Assembly: GCA_043228905.1 (NCBI GenBank)
Contig: JBHGNT010000017.1
Location: 8,556,001 to 8,620,000 of the forward strand
Length of the DNA stretch: 64,000 bases
Source of the DNA: Azolla caroliniana
Lineage: Eukaryota; Plantae; Polypodiophyta
Direction of reading: 5' to 3'
Notes under the pieces: model-generated
Seen by the model: the letters and a program-made list of their open reading frames with translations, nothing else
What the model was told of the DNA's origin: nothing
Databases searched by the model: none
Shown: in pieces, positions 25,151 through 38,839 of the stretch
How the letters are laid out: each line of letters starts with the position of its first letter
How positions within the stretch are numbered: position 1 is the stretch's first letter
Position numbers and translations under genes: made by a program

Positions 25151-28007
25151 TTGCAAATGATGACGTCTCCCCAATTCATCAAACTCCTCCACGCATACTA
25201 CCCCGACGTAGGGTGCGGTTCCTTAGTCATTCCAGCGGTGTTCAACAATACCCGATGTATTTACCGGGTCCCCACGGCCGCCACGCAGCTCAAGTACCTC
25301 GAACTCGACGTGTTCGCCACCCTCTCACGACTTGGCCTCAAGTTCTTCCTTGGGATCGGGCCGTGGGGCGTCCTACCCAAACTGGTCAACCGTTTCCTCA
25401 TCGGGTACAACCCCGATACGGGCCACGTCGATATGTAGCCTTTCGCAGACTCCCCCCTCGTTGCATTCTAGTTCACCGCGGCCGACGTTTGTGCTACGCT
25501 GCATTTACCACTCGAGGGCGCCCCCTTCTGCACCATGAGGACCCCCGGGGTTGTCCCTGGCATCATCCCTGCCGCCTACGCCGAATATTCTGGACGTGAT
25601 GGTTGGCGTTACACCGAAATCCCTCTCCATCTCCACGCCTGTTGTAGCGCAATTGCCCAAATCGGCGACACTGCATCTACCGATGCCACCGCTCCTATCA
25701 CCGGCGAGTACCTCAAGTGGGCACATGATCCGCAACCGGTCCAGTGGGTTCACGAGCCTGTCTGCCGGGTCCGAGAATGGCACACACGGCCCAAATCGAC
25801 TGTCAATTTCGCGTGGTTCCTCACCCGCTACTTGTGCGCAAAGTTCAGCATCGGACCCCCCGCCCCTCCCTTCATACGCTGCCAAGAACGCTTCCGCAAG
25901 ATCGTTGTTCCAGGCCAACTCGAGCGCCTTCGCCTCCCCAAATGCGACTTTTTATGACAGGTACACCAAGGCGAACAGGCACGGCCACCGGTGCACAAAC
26001 AACCCCCGATCACCCACGTGTCAGCCGAAGCTAACCTCGACACACCTGAGGATATCACAAATCGTGTCAAGGAATTCCAGACACACAAGTTCACCCCCAC
26101 CGAAATCCAAGCCTTGTCCACCACCTTCCACTATGTGTCACATCAGAACACAATCACGACTCCGCGTTCCCGCAGCTGCACCACTAAGTCAATCTTGCGC
26201 GACCAACGGAACCCACCAACCCCGCCTCAACCCACCTCGCCAACCCCTCTACCCCACGAATCCTCTCCCCCCGCCCCGGCCACAACTACCCCGCCTTTCT
26301 CGTCCACCACCACCGACGACACCCCGCAACCCCGACCCCATAAACTCGCCCGCCACACCGCTCCCGACACTGAAACCCTCGACCGGCCCTCGCCCGCAAC
26401 CCCGGCAGTTCCCCTCCAACCCACCATCGCCCCCGCCCAGATGGACACCCCGCCACCGCCACCGCCACCCCCACTCCCCACTCCCGACCTCTGTGCCCTG
26501 CTCGACCTCACTCACTGCAGTTACTACTCACCCTACCCTCTCCCTCGCCGTCCCCCCCAAACCCTTAACCGACATGGTGACCGACCTCCTCAAGATGACT
26601 GCCGTCGTGAACCGTCGCCTACTTCAAGTTCATGCACAGGCCCAACAGACCGCCATCGACCAACACGAGACCTCTACACGGAACAAGATCTTGGCCGCCG
26701 AGGTACGGAGCGCCCTCCATACCAATGTGTGCCAAGCGGCCGCCCACGACCTCCTCAAGCAAGAACTCCTGACAACGCAAACCCGACACCAACAACTCGC
26801 TGACGAATTCCAACAAGCTCGAACAACCTCGCACCACGACCAGGAACGCGCAACGCAAACACATGTTGAACTTTCGCCCGAGTACGTCCGCCTCACCACC
26901 CAACACTAACTGACCGAGGCCCGCCTCGCAGCCGAGACGGCTGATCTCTCCGAACGATCTGAGGCCCTGGTCGCCGCCATGGCCACCACTCACCAACTCA
27001 TGAGCGAGATCACCACCCTCAAGGCTGAACGAGACGCCATGGTCCACCAAGTTGAAGTCGCCAATGAACGGAACCGATGTCTCCTCATCAAACACCGCCG
27101 CCAATGCGCCGACCTCGAAAAGGACATCCTCCAACTCCACACGTCCAAAGCCGCCCTTGAACACACCCTCACCCCCGACATGACGGACCCCTCCACCGTT
27201 CAGACCCCTCTCCTTCCCCCAACTGGCTCTCCGATTATGATCCATGCACTCTCTGTGTACGTGACCTCGACCTCCCTGCTCTCCGAACTTTTCACTGCAC
27301 CACGCACACCACGCACCCTCCTCATCCAAGCAACGTGCGTCCTTTGGTCGTTAGCCGCCACGCATCGCGTATTCTTTGACGACACCACACCCCCAGACCG
27401 GCAGACCTTCATCCGAGTACTCCCCGAAGACAACCACGCCCTTGCCCTCTTCATGTTGTACCAGGAAGCCACCGAAGAACCTGCTCCCCCATCCAACGAC
27501 CTCTTCCCCCAACACCTCCCCATTTTGTTCCTCGAAGGTATGGCCTACCTTCACACCACCCTCACCCCCGACTTAGACATCTCCGACCTGATCTATTTCA
27601 CCTACCCTTCTGATGTCACGATGCAAGTCACCGAAGACCAGCTAGCTCACCTCTTCGCAACACTGGTGCACTTACACCAAATCACCGACACCCTCACCTG
27701 CACCCTGTTGGAAAACACAACGACCTCCGTACCCCCTTTCGGTTTCCTTTGGCTAATACGCGCTTGGCAAACCGCCTAGGATGTCGGGGTTCGTACTCAC
27801 ATATTCAGCATCGAATATGGCACGTTCAATTGGCCCACCGACCTCGAGGCCGACGACATACCACAATTAGCCCTATACCTCGACATCTCTCGCGAGTATC
27901 AACTCATGACGTTCGATGAGGCTCGTGCTCATGCCCTCCTACCCCCGCACCCCCCTTCTCCTCCCCCGGCGATTGACCTAGAGTGGGACACCGACTCACT
28001 TGATTAA
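25151..28007 (+). pseudogene. Extra ~950-codon ORF in the env-like position: Athila ORF/plant transposon protein-like N-terminus, Pro-rich linker, coiled coil
   Basis: ORFs 25151, 25535, 25991 share one frame; a shift near 26510 leads to the frame of 26979, which reads past TAG 27779 to TAA 28007; motif LVNRF...FTAADVCATLHLPLEG...VNFAWFL. Confidence 0.6.
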
Positions 28008-28009
28008 CA

Positions 28010-31000
28010 CCATCTTAAGTAGTGGCGATTATCCTAACTGTTGGACTACAAGTGGGATGTGAACCTACTTCTATGGGAATTTTATCCCAAACAAAAAATA
28101 TACAAGATAAAATTATTATTGAGTACTTGCATATCAATGTGAGTCCTTAACCTTTACCAATTGTTCACTGAGTGAACGAATAGTGAGCTTTACTTTCTTC
28201 TAGCATACAAATGAACTACTTTGTTCTCGTGTTCTTACAATCTCGTTATGAAACATGTCCAACAACGTCATATTCTCGAATTGAATCGTATAGATTTTGA
28301 TTGTCCAATTGAAGTACTGCTCTAAAGCACATAGCGTGCGCTTGCGGAATGTCGAAACCTAGTCTATTTCTTTCCAGAAAAAATATCCTAATTGTAGGCC
28401 TACAGGTGGACAGATATCTCATATGAACCCGAGCCCTTAATCTTTACCATTTTTAATGTGAGTGAGGAAAAGGTGAACAAAAGGTGACCCTAACGTCCTT
28501 ATAAGATAGAAACGAAACTAGTTTAGAGATACGATTGTTTGACGTAAGATTTATCGGAATGCAATTTGTTGGAGAAGTTTTACCCTCCGCTAATGAAAGT
28601 CTCGACCAACATGACTTTGTCAAAGGGAATTGTAAAGTTTTCACTTTTCCACCTTCGGTAGTGGTGTAAATGACATAGTGTGCGCTTGTTGAGAGTTGAA
28701 CTTGGGTCTATTGCTTGGAAGGCATTTATCCTAACCGTTGGACTACAAGCGCAATGTGAACCTACTTCCAAGGGAATTTTATCCCAAACAAAAAATATAC
28801 AAGTTGCATATCAATGTGAGTCCTTAACCTTTACCAATTATTACTTGAGCTAGCAAATAGTGAGCCTTACTTTCTTCTAACAAGTCCACAAGAACGGCTT
28901 GTTTAGGCTAATTTGTTCCCGTGTTCTTACAATCTAGTTATGAAACTCGTCCAACAACGTCATATTCTCGAATAAAATTAAATAGATTTTCTTTATCCAA
29001 TTGAAGTACTGCTTTCAAGCACATAGCGTGTGCTTGCGAAATGTTGAAATGTGGTCTATTGCTTCCAAGAAAAATATCCTAATTGTAGGTCTAGCTCATA
29101 TCAGCCTGAGTCCTTAATCCTTACCATTTTTTATGTGAGCGAGCAAAAGGTGCCCCTAACATTCTTATAAGATAGAAACGAGGCTAGTTTAGAGAAATGA
29201 TTGTTTGACGAAAGATTTATAGGAATTCAATTTGTTGGAGAGTTTTTACACTCCACTAATGAAACTCTCGAACAACATGACTTTGTCAAAGGGAATTGTA
29301 AAGTTTTCACTTTTCTATCTTAGTAGTGGTGTAGAAAACATGGGGTGTGCTTGCTGAGAGTTGAACTCGGGTTTATTGCTGGGAAGGCGATTATCCTAAC
29401 CGTTTGACTACATGCGCAATTTTAACCTCTTCAAAAAGAATTTTATCACAAAGAAACAATATACAAGATAAAATTATTGTTGAGTAGTTGCATATCAATG
29501 TGACTCCTTAACCTTTACCAATTGTTACCTCAGCGACCGAATAGTGAGCCTTACTTTCTTTTAGCATACGAATGAAAAAGTCCACAAAACAACTTGTTTG
29601 AACTACTTTGTTCCCGTGTTCTTACAATCTCGTTATGTAACTCGTCCAACAACGTCATATTCTCGAATTGAATCGTATAGATTTTGATTGTCCAATTGAA
29701 GTACTGCTCTAAAGCACATAGCGTGCATTTGCGGAATGTCGAAGCCTGGTCTATTGCTTTCCAGAAGAATATCCTAACGTTCTTATAAGATAGAAATGAA
29801 ACTAATTTAGAGAAACGATTGTTTGACGAAAGATTTATAGGAATGCAATTTGTTGGAGAATTTTACCCTCCACTAATAAAAGTCTCGAACAACATGACTT
29901 TGTCAAATGGAATTGTAAAGTTTTCACTTTCCATCTTAAGTAGTGGTGATTATCCTAACTGTTTGAGTACAAGCTCAATGTGAACCTACTTCCAAGGGAA
30001 TTTTATCTCAAACAAAAAATATACAAGATAAAATTATTATTGAGTACTTGCATATCTATGTGACTCCTTAACCTTTACCAATTATTACCTGAGCGAACGA
30101 ATAGTGAGCCATACTTTCTTCTAGCATACAATTGAAACAAGTCCACAAAACTAGCTTGTTTGAACTACTTTGTTCCCGTGTTCTTACAATCTCGTTATGA
30201 AACGTGTTCTTACAATCCCGTGTTCTTACAACGTCATATTCTCGAATTGAATCGTATAGATTTTGATTCTCCAATTGAAGTACTGCTCTAAAGCACATAG
30301 CGTGTGTTTGCGGAATGTCGAAGCCTGGTTTATTGCTTTCCAAAAAAATATCCCAACTGTAGGGCTACACGTGCACAGATATCTCATATGAACCGGAGTC
30401 CTTAATCTTTACCATTTTTTATGTGAGTGAGTAAAAGGTGAGCAAAAGGTGACCCTAACGTTCTTATAAAATAGAAACGAAACTAGTTGAGCGATACGAC
30501 TATTTGACGTAATTTTCATAGGAATGCAATTTGTTGGAGAATTTTTACCCTCCGCTAATGACAGTCTCGACCAATGTGACTTTGTCAAAGGGATTGTAAA
30601 GTTTTCACTTTAACATTGTTGGTAGTGGTGTAAATAACATGGTGTGCGCTTGCCGAGAGTTGAACTCGGGTCTATTGCTTGGAAGGCGATTATCCTAACT
30701 GTTGGACTACAAGCACAATGTGAACCTACTTCCAAGGGAATTTTATCCCAGACAAAAAATATACAAGATAAAATTATTATTGAGTAGTTGCATATCAATG
30801 TGAGTTCTTAAGCTTTACCAATTATTACTTGAGCTAACAATTAGTGAGCCTTACTTTCTTCTAACAAGTCCAAAAGAACGGCTTGTTTGAGCTAATTTGT
30901 TCCCGTGTTCTTATAATCTAGTTATGAAACTCGTCCAGGAACATCATATTCTCGAATAAAATCGAATAGATTTTCTTTATCCAATTGAAGTACTGCACTA

Positions 31001-34000
31001 AAGCACATAGCGTACGCTTGCGGAATGTTGAAGCGTGGTTTATTGGTTTCAAGAAAAATATCCTAATTGTAGGGCTGCAAGCGCATATATATCTCATATC
31101 AACCTGAGTCCTTAATCATTACCATTTTTTATGTGAGCGAGCAAAAGGTGACCCTAACATTCTTATAAGATAGAAAAGACGCTAGTTTAGAGAAACGATT
31201 GTTTGACGAAAGATTTATAGGAATTCCATTATTTGACGAAAGATTTATAGAGAAACGATGCTCGAACAACCTGACTTTGTCAAAGGGAATTGTAAGGTTT
31301 TCGTGTTTCCATCTTAAGTAGTGTTGTAAATAACATGGTGTGCGCTTGTCGAGAGTTGAACTCGGCTCTATTGCTTCGATGGTGATTATTCTAACCGTTG
31401 GACTATAAGCGCCATTTGAACCTACTTCGAACGGAATTTTGTCACAAAGAAATAGTATAAAAGATAAAATTATTGTTAAGTAGTTGCATCTCAATTTGAG
31501 TCCTTAACCTTTACCAATTGTTACCGAAGCAAACGAATAGTGAATCTTACTTTCCTCTAGCATAGAAATGAAACAAGTTCACAAAAACAGCTTGTTTGAG
31601 CTAAATATCATATTAATTCAATTTGTCCTCGTGTTCTTACAATCTAGTTATTCAAGTCATCCTGCAATATCATATTCTTGAATCGAATCGAATAGGTTTT
31701 GTTTATCCAACTGAAGTACCGCTCTAAAGCACATAGCGTGCGCTTGCGCATTGTTGAAATCTGGTCTATTGCTTTCAAGAAAAATATCCTAACTGTAGGG
31801 CTACAAGCGCACATATATCTCATATCAACCTAAGTCCTTAATCATTACCATTTTTTATGTTAGCGAGCAAAAGATGACCCTAACAGTCTTATTAGACAAA
31901 AGCGAAGCTAGTTTAGAGAAACGATTGTTTGACGAAAGATTTATAGGAGTTCCATTGTTTGACAAAAGATTTATATAGAAATGATGCTCGAACAACCTGA
32001 CTTTGTCAAAGGGAATTGTAAGGTTTTCGTGTTTCCATCCTAAGTAGTGTTGTAAATAACATGGTGTGCGCTTGCCGAGAGTTGAACTCGGGCCTTTTGC
32101 TTCGAAGGTGATTATCCTAACCGTTGGACTACAAGCGCAATTTGAATGTACTTCGAACGGAATTTTGTCACAAAGAAATAGTATAAAAGATAAAATTATT
32201 GTTGAGTAGTTGCATCTCAATTTGAGTCCTTAACGTTTACCAATTGTTACCTAAGTGAATGAATAGTGAGCCTTACTTTCTTCTAGCATACAAATGAAAC
32301 AAGTTCACAAAAACAGCTTGTTTGAGCAAAATATCATATTAATTCAATTTGTCCCCATTTTCTTACAATCTAGTTATTCAAGTCATCCAGCAATGTCATA
32401 TTCTCGAATCGAATCGAATAGGTTTTGTTTATCCAATTGAAGTACCGCTCTAAAACACATAGCGTGCGCTTGCGCAATGTTGAAATGTGGTCTATTCCTT
32501 TCAAGAAAAATATCCTAATTGTAGGGCTACAAGCGCACATATATCTCATATCAGCCTAAGTCCTTAATCATTACCATTTTTTATGTGAGGGAGCCAAAGG
32601 TGACCCTAACAATCTTATTAGATAGAAACAAAGCTAGTTTAGAGAAACGAAAGATTAATAGGAATTCAATTTGTTGGAGAGTTTTTACACTCCGCTAATG
32701 AAACTCTCGAACATCCTGACTTTGTCAAAGGGAATTGTAAGGTTTTTGTGTTTCCATCTTAAGTAGTGGTGTAAAAAAGATGGTGTGTGCTTATTGAGAG
32801 TTGAACTCGGGTTTATTGCTTGGAAGACGATTATCCTAACCGTTGGACTACAAGCACAATTTGAACCTCTTCTAATAGAATTTTACCAATTATTACTGGA
32901 GCTAACAAATAGTGAGCCTTACTTTCTTCTAAGAAGTCCACAAGAACAACTTGTTTGAGCTAATTTGTTCCTGTGTTCTTACAATCCAATTATGAAACTC
33001 ATCCAACAACGTCATATTCTCGAATAAAATCAAATAGATTTTCTTTATCCCATTGAAGTACTACTCTAAAGCACATAGCGTACCCTTGCGTAATGTTGAA
33101 ACGTGGTCTATTGCTTTCAAGAGAATTATCCTAATTTTAGGGCTACAAGCGCACATATATCTCATATTAGCCTAAGTCCTTAATCATTACCATTTTTAAT
33201 GTGAGCGAGCAAGAGGTGACCCTAACATTCTTATAAGATAGAAACGAAGCTAGTTTAGAGAAACGATTGTTTGACGAAAGATTTATAGGAATTCAATTTG
33301 TTGGAGAGTTTTTACAATCCGCTAATGAAACTCTTGAACAACCTGACTTTGTTAAAGGGAATTGTAAGGTTTTCGGTTTTCCATCTTAAGTAGTGGTGTA
33401 AATAACATGGTGTGCGCTTGCCGAGAGTTGAACTCGGGTCTATTGCTTGGATGGTGATTATCCTAACCGTTTGACTACATGCGCAATTTGAACATACTTG
33501 CAAGGGTATTTTATCAAAAGCAAACAATATACAAGATAAAATTATTGTTGAGTAGTTGCATATCAATGTGATTCGTTATCCTTTACCAATTGTTACCTGA
33601 GCGAACGAATAGTGAGCTTTACTTTCTTTTAGTATACAAATGAAACAAGTCCACAAAAATAGCTTGTTTGAGCTAAACATCAGGTTAATTCCATTTGTTC
33701 CCGTACGTATAATCTAGTTATGAAACTCGTCCAACAATGTCATATTCTCGAATCGAATCGAATAGATCTCTTTTTTCCAATTAAAGTATTGCTCTAAAGC
33801 ACATCTCGTATGCTTGCGGAATGTTGGAATGTGGTCTATTGCTTCGAAGAAAAATATCCTAATTGTAGGGCTATAGGCGCATATATATCTCATATCAACT
33901 TGAGTCTTTAATCTTTATCATTTTTTATTTGACCGAGCAAAAGGTGACCCTAACGTTCTTATAAGATAGAAACGACACTAGTTTAGAGAAACGATTTTTG

Positions 34001-35171
34001 ATGAAAGATCTATAGGAATTCAATTTGTTGGAGAGTTTTTACAATCCGCTAATGAAAGCCTTGAATAACAATGTTTTCGGTTTTCCATCTTAAGTAGTGG
34101 TGTAAATAACATGTTGTGCACTTGCCGAGAGTTGAACTCGAGTATCTTACTTGGAAGGCATTTATCCTAACCGTTGAACTACAAGCACAATGTGAACCTA
34201 TTCCAAGGGAATTTTATCCCAAACAAAAAATATCCAAGATAAAATTATTATTCCCGTGTTCTTACAATCTAGTTATGAAACTCGTCCAACAACGTCCTAT
34301 TCTCAAATAAAATCGAATAGATTTTCTTTATCCAATTGAAGTACTGCTCTAAAGCACATAGCGTACGGTTACGGAATGTTGTAACTTGGTCTATTGCTTT
34401 CAAGAAAAATATCCTAATTGTAGGGCTACAGGCGCACACATATCTCATATCAACCTGAGTCCTTAATCTTTACCATATTTATGTGAGCGAGCAAATGGTG
34501 ACCATAACATTCTTATAAGATAAAAACAAAACTAATTTAGAGAAACCGTTTTTTGACCAAATATTTATAGGAATTCAATTTGTTGGAGAGTTTTTAGACT
34601 CTCCATGCTAATGAAACTCATTGAACAACGCGGCATTGTCGAAGGGAATTGAATATATTTCTCTTTTCGATCGTAAGTAGTGGTTGAAATAACATGGTGT
34701 GCGCTTGCCGAGAGTTGAACTCGGGTCTATTCCTTAGAAGGCAATTTTCCTAACTGTTGGATTACAAGCGCAATTTGAACCTACTTCCAATGAAATTTTC
34801 TCAGAAACAAAAAAATACAAGATAAAATTATTATTGAGTAGTTGCATATCAATGTGAGTCCTTAACCTTCACCAATTGTTACCTGAGCGGACGAATAGTG
34901 AGCCTTACTTTCTTCTACCATACAAATGAAATAAGTCCACAAAAACAACTTGTTTGAGCTAAACATCATATTAATTCAATTTGTTTCCGTGTTGTGATAA
35001 TCTAGTTATGAAACTCGTCCAGCAATGTTATATTCTCGAATCGAATCGAATAAATTTTTTTTATCCAATCGAAGTACTGCTCTAAAGCACATAGCGTGCG
35101 CTTGCGGAATGTTGAAACGTGGTCTATTGCTTTCAAGAAAAATATCCTAATTGTAGAGCTATAGGCGCACA
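28010..35171 (-). repeat. tRNA-Gly(TCC)-derived tandem array, right part
   Basis: Type A copies at ~28681, 29347, 30645, 31341, 32067, 32786, 33413, 34116, 34700, partials at ~28020 and ~29945; type B copies between them. Confidence 0.92.
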
Positions 35172-35470
35172 ATGCACTCCATCTCAATGGGCAATGACTC
35201 AAAGTCGAGTACCCCAGCTTTGGTTCCTATGAAAGCCAATCTGGACTCGCTTCTATCCAAATATGGTGACTTTGCTGATGTGTTCGAGAAGAAGAATGCA
35301 GATCAATTACCGGAGCATCGACTATATGATTGTCTGATCGATCTACAAGAGGGCATATCTCCACCCTTTGGGCCCATCTATGGTCTGTCTGAACCAGAAC
35401 TAGAGGCTCTTCGCACATATCTCATCCAAAAGGGCTTCATCCAACTGTCTAAGTCACCAGTTGGGGCCCC
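35172..35470 (+). pseudogene. Chromovirus (Tcn1/Tf2-like) gypsy fragment just N-terminal to RT
   Basis: DFADVFEKKNADQLPEHRLYDCLIDLQEGISPPFGPIYGLSEPEL...SKSPVGAP. Confidence 0.75.
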
Positions 35471-38400
35471 CATGCAACTTGAGAAGTCCATTGATTGCTT
35501 GGCCGGAAAGCAAAACCGCACCCCCTTCCGGTCAAGACCACCGATGTGTGTCAAGTGGACACGAAGTCACATGCCGAATCATAGTACTTTGTGACATTCA
35601 TAGACGACCATAGCCGGAAGTTGTGGGCCACACCGTTGAAGACAAAGGATTAGGTGTTATCCGTCTTCAAAGAGCTCCACGCAACCGTGGAAAGAGAAAC
35701 CGGCCGGAAGCTGAAGGTGGTTCGAGCAGATAACGGAGGCGAATACCGGGGGCAGTTTGAGGAGTACTGCCGCTCTAAGGGAATCTGGCTCGAATTTACC
35801 GTGTTGAAGACGCCGAAACTAAACGGGTTGTCTGAGAGGATGAACCGAACCATAATGGAGAGGGTCTGGAGTATGCTGGCACATGCAAAGTTACCCAAGA
35901 CGTTTTGCGCTGAGGCGCTGGCGACAGCGATGTACGTGATAAACAGATCACCCTCAGTGCCCTTGGACGGAGACACGCCACAGAGAGTGGACCGGTAAGG
36001 AAGTGTCTTACCGGCATCTGAAGGTGTTCGAGTGTCTCGCTTACGTGCATGTTGCAAAGGACCGGAGAGCAAAGTTGGATCCAAAGACCCAGCCTTGCAT
36101 ATTCCTCGGATACGGCGATGATGAGTTCGGCTACCGAGTGTGGGATCCAGTTGACAAGAAGGTTTTCCGAAGTCGAGATATTATCTTCATGGAGGTCAAG
36201 ACCCTTGCCGACTGGGAGTCGGAGAAGAAGATAATGAACTCTGAGTTGGCCGGTAAGGATCGGTTCGATGAGATACGGACCTACCCGGCTAAGAGCCGGT
36301 TGACACTCGAAGAACCGGCCGGTTACGGAGAGGAAACCGAACCGACCGAAGAAGAAGAAGAAGAAGAAACCGGAACCGGCCAAGACCCCGAATCAGAATC
36401 AGATGAAGAACAAACAGAGGAGCCGGTTGCTGAAAGCCAAGGGACGCAGATATCCTCTCAAAGACAGAAGGGCCCCCCGGAGATTTCCGGATGCAGAGCG
36501 CATGCTACTAACCGATGAGGGGGAGCTGGAAAGCTTCGAAGAAGCAAAGGAGGACACCCACAGCCGGAAGTGGTTGAGTGCCATGTAGGACGAGATGGAT
36601 TCCCTGCATGAGAACCACACATATGAACTAGTGGAGTTGCCGAAAGGAAAGCGAGCACTCCGGAATAAGTGGGTGTACAAGTTGAAACTGGGAAATGCCG
36701 GCAAACCCCCAAGGTACAAAGGCAGGATCGTGGTGAAGGGGTTCCAGTAGAAGAAGGGTGGACTTCGACGAGATATTTGCCCCGGTAATGAAGATGACTT
36801 CCATCCAAACGGTGTTGAGTATAGCGGCAAGCATGAACCTCGAGGTAGAGCAACTAGACATGAAGACAGCGTTCCTTCACGGCGACCTCGAAGAAGAAGA
36901 GATCTACATGTAGCAACCGGAAGGATTTGTGAAGAAAGGGAAGGAGCACCTAGTTTGCCGGTTGAAGAAGAGCCTATATAGACTGAAGCAAGCTCCCTGG
37001 CAATGCTACTGGAAATTTGACTCCTTCATGACCAATCAAGGGTACCACAAGACGCAAGCCGATCACTGCGTGTTTGTAAAGAAATTTGACGGAGGAGATT
37101 TCCTGATACACCTCCTATATGTGGATGATATGTTGATTGTCAGACGAGACCAAGTCAAAATACGGATGCTGAAGACGGCCCTAAACCGGACTTTCTCAAT
37201 GAAAGACTTGGGTCCGGCAAGACAGATATTGAGAATGCAAATAATCCAGGACCGGTCGAAGAAGTTATTGTGGTTGTCACAGGAAAAGTACGTGACGAAG
37301 GTGCTTCAGCGGTTCAACATGTCGGATGCGAAATCGGTCGAATCGACACTCCCAGCAAACTGCAGATTATCCGGTAAGCAAAGCCCGAAGACGAAGGCAG
37401 AGAAGGCAGATATGATGAAGATACCATATGCCTCTGTCGTCTGGAGCTTAATGTATGCAATGGTGTGTAGTCGACCGGATATCGGATATGCAGTAGGAGT
37501 GGTGAGCCGGTTCATGAGCAATCCCGGCAGAGAGCACTGGAATGCAGTGAAGTGGATACTCCGGTACTTGAAAGGTACCTCAAGTATGTGCCTCCAATTC
37601 AACTCTAGTAAACCCCAACTTGACGATTTCACAGATTCGGATATGTCGGTTGATGCGGAAACCAGACGGTCAACATCCGGATATGTCATGACATATGCAG
37701 GGGGGACCATTTCGTGGCAGTTGAGGTTGCAGAAGACGGTTGCGTTGTCAACCACGGAAGCGGAGTACATGGCAGTTGTGGAAGCCGGCAAGGAAATATT
37801 ATGGATGAAGGACTTCATCGGAGAGCTAGGGATCCGGCAAGAGGAATACCATCTCTACTGCGACAGTCAGAGTGTCATCCACCTTGCAAGGAACGCGGCC
37901 TACCATTCCCGGACAAAGCACATCCAACGCAGGTACCACAGGATCCAAGAGCGAGTTGAAGATCGAGAGTTCGTGTTGATGAAGATCCACGCAGAGGAGA
38001 ACGGGTCGGACATGCTGACCAAAGTGCTGACACCCGACAAGCTGGACGCATATCGGACGCGGATTGGGCTGACAAAACATCCCATGTCAGAGTGAAGGGG
38101 GAGATTGTTGGGATTTCGGTCCCTCCGGATGGGATCTTGAAAACCGGATGATGAGTACCGGGTCGGACATGCTGACCAAAGTGCTGACACCCGACAAGTT
38201 GGACGCATATCGGACGCGGATTGGGCTGACGAAACATCCCATGCTAGAGTGAAGGGGGAGATTGTTGGGATTTCGGTCCCTCCAGATGGGATCTTGAGAA
38301 CTTAATGTAGAAGACCCGATGAGAACCGGATGATGCAGGCCCGGTGAGAACCTCTCACTAGATGAAGGGACATATAGGTAAATACGTTTCTGAGAGCCCA

Positions 38401-38509
38401 TTGGGGCTATATTTGTAAATATTCCTAATGTCATATTAGTATAAATATGACCTAGGGCAAACACTTATCAGTGTGTTGGTCATTCTTTGTGTTGTTGTTG
38501 TAACTACTG

Positions 38510-38545
<36 letters not shown>

Positions 38546-38839
38546 CAGAGCGATTCTCTGTTGTAACTGCTACCAGGCGAAGAGTATGAGCACGAGGTCG
38601 TTGCCTCTAAGCCCCCTATTGTGTTCTTTGACATAGTGATAGTTTGGAGTCTGTGGGCTCCCGTGGTTTTTTTCCCTCTTAGGGTTTTTTCCACGTTAAC
38701 ATCTTGTGTACTCTCTTGTTTACAATGTGTGTGGATATACGTGTATTTACCCTCCATTCCCATTCTCGGTGTTTCGATTCTAAACGACACAATTTGAGAC
38801 TCGGTTGTGGCCAAGTAATAGTCTGCATATTTCGCATCA
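35471..38839 (+). mobile_element. 5'-truncated Ty1/copia element (Tnt1/Tork-like): integrase, RT, RNase H, PPT, 3' LTR 38263-38839
   Basis: VRADNGGEY; LLYVDDML; STTEAEY; RTKHIQRRY; PPT agtgaagggggagat; LTR TGTTGG...CATCA. Confidence 0.9.

Larger units (their letters stand above)
8728..28009 (+). mobile_element. Athila-like (non-chromovirus) Ty3/gypsy LTR retrotransposon, degenerate, lacking the 3' LTR
   Basis: Ends TGTTAA...TTAACA; TSD CCATC at 8723-8727 and 28010-28014; LTR, PBS, gag, RT, RNase H and integrase in gypsy order. Confidence 0.9.

Noticed and set aside
6556-35202. Recurrent short ORFs (MICNYS...CSPTVRIIAFQAIDPSSTLGKR) in the array
   Set aside because: They are translations through the tRNA sequence with inconsistent starts and stops
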